DNA of 64,000 nucleotides from the human T2T-CHM13v2.0 reference genome, Homo sapiens: assembly GCF_009914755.1 (NCBI RefSeq), contig NC_060931.1, one strand, 5' to 3'. This document shows, one piece after another, positions 62,146 to 64,000 of this stretch. Each line of letters opens with the position of its first letter. Positions within the stretch are counted from its first letter, which is position 1. Made by a program: the position numbers and the translations under genes. Under the pieces are notes generated by a model. The model searched no databases, was not told the origin of the DNA, and saw nothing but the letters and a program-made list of their open reading frames with translations.

Positions 62146-63116
62146 ACAAATGTGCTTTTTAACAGTGGCCTTCTATAGACAATAGACTCAGCTTCATTTT
62201 CTTATCTGGGGTAGGGGGACTCCCCAGATGGCCATCAAAAGATGTATCTTAAGCCAGTGACTCATTGAAGCTCTTATTCCAGAACTTTGCATGGTCACTC
62301 TAACTGCACCATTGAGTGGGCCCTGTTCTGTACAGGTGAGCTCACCCACATTAGCCAACTCTGATCAAAGATCAATAAGCAACCAAGAACTGGTTACTGC
62401 TTAAACTTATAACAAGCAAGTATTCTAAATCCTCTTCTCTCACACAACTAAAGCTTTGGATAAGACTGCTCCTTGAAGAAGACAGTCTAACAGAACCAAC
62501 AGAGGGTGTCTAGCCATCAAAGAACCAACCAATGGACCATCCCTTCAAAGCGGATTAATTCAAACTCATTCTCCAATGCCAGGGACCGCTTCCAAGTGTC
62601 TCCATAGAAGTAGCCCTCACAGTCACCTGTGGCCTCTTGGGAGTTTCTCAGGATGTCACAGAAGGTTCACGGACTTGGGCCAAATATTATTCCATTCAGT
62701 TTAGTTCATCTCTATTGAACCCTGCAGCACACCAAGCCCTGGGCCCTGGCAGGGCACACGGAGTTGAATGTGGCTTGTCCCTGCTCTTAAGGACCTCAGG
62801 CCAGTGGGGCAGGTGTCACATTGAACAAATATACTTACTCTCACAAAGACATAGATTATGATGGGAGAAAGGAAGGGACTGGGAGAGTGTGGAGGGAAAT
62901 GGGTCTGGCTTTAGTTCTCCCTCTCTGGTCCTAAAAGGGAGGTCCAAAATTAAATTCACTTGGAAACATGTGGGCTAAAGTTAACTTTTGCACTCTCTGG
63001 AGAGGTGTTTTCTAAAAACATTTAAAGCAAAACATTTTCAAAATGGGCCTTTATGACATCTATTAAGTAATGCATTTGTCAATTAGAGCTGTCTCCTATA
63101 TTCATTAAAGTTGAAA

Positions 63117-63410
<294 letters not shown>

Positions 63411-63556
63411 TCAAGTTGAATTTTGTAATCCCCTCTTTTTAGAATATTCTGCTAGCAATAAGTTCCTGTACTCTGTGGACAATAATACATTCCTTACTTT
63501 GTATTCATGTGACGCTTATCCATGTCCTGCTTTGTGGCATTCCTTTGTATTGTCTT

Positions 63557-63622
63557 GCTGTTGTTGTTGTTGTTGTTCTTCTTCTTCCTTCTTCTTTTTC
63601 TTCCTTCTTCTTTTTCTTCCTT
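63557..63622. repeat. Compound (GTT)n(CTT)n simple repeat
   Basis: Read directly. Confidence 0.9.
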
Positions 63623-63639
63623 TTGAGACTTTTGAACTT

Positions 63640-64000
63640 ACTCAAAATTAAACACAATAATATAATGAGCCGCCATTTAGCTATTCCCAGCACCAACTAC
63701 CATCAATTCACAGCCAATTGTGTCCTTTCTACATTCCCATTAACCTCCCTCCCTCCTGTATCATTTTGAAGCAAACTCCAGACATCACGTCATTTCATCT
63801 TACATACTTTATGTTCTAGAGTATGTATGTAGAACATAAAGGGTCTTTCTTTTTAACACAACCACAATACTATTATTATAACTAAGCCAAACAAAGAACA
63901 ATTCCTTAATATCATCAAATATTGTGTTCTAATATCTAATCATCTCCCAAATGTCATAAATGGTTGCTAGGTTCTTTTTCTAGTTTGTTAGAATCTGGTC
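63640..64000 (-). mobile_element. Old L1MC-type fragment
   Basis: TTTTGAAGCAAA.TCCAGACATCA and AATTCCTTAATATCATCAAATAT motifs. Confidence 0.55.

Overview
Primate, very probably human, genomic DNA at the PDE1C locus (gene on the - strand). The only convincing host coding sequence is an 85-nt first coding exon (12226->12142, MTDAGNRKEGFKKCRSATFSIDGYSFTI, then a phase-1 GTGAG donor). It sits in a CpG-island promoter and matches the PDE1C2-type N-terminus as I recall it. The rest is intronic/upstream DNA rich in Alu, L1, L2, MIR, MaLR LTRs and hAT DNA transposons. The most notable structure is a full-length, retrotransposition-dead L1PA3/PA4 (21234-27570). It carries a ~124-bp 3' transduction with its own AATAAA and second tail inside a 13-bp TSD, retains the ZNF93-target 5'UTR segment, and has an intact, extended ORF0 whose antisense promoter points toward PDE1C. 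Other observations: a strong-Kozak uORF, a perfect 16-bp palindrome, a (TC)37 tract, duplications with fold-back junctions, a zero-spacer inverted Alu pair, an orphan CpG-rich island, a near-consensus CTCF motif in an LTR and a very young AluY. I found no evidence of a wholly new gene system. Repeat subfamily names come from recalled consensus sequences, old-repeat boundaries are approximate, and the list of old repeats is not exhaustive.
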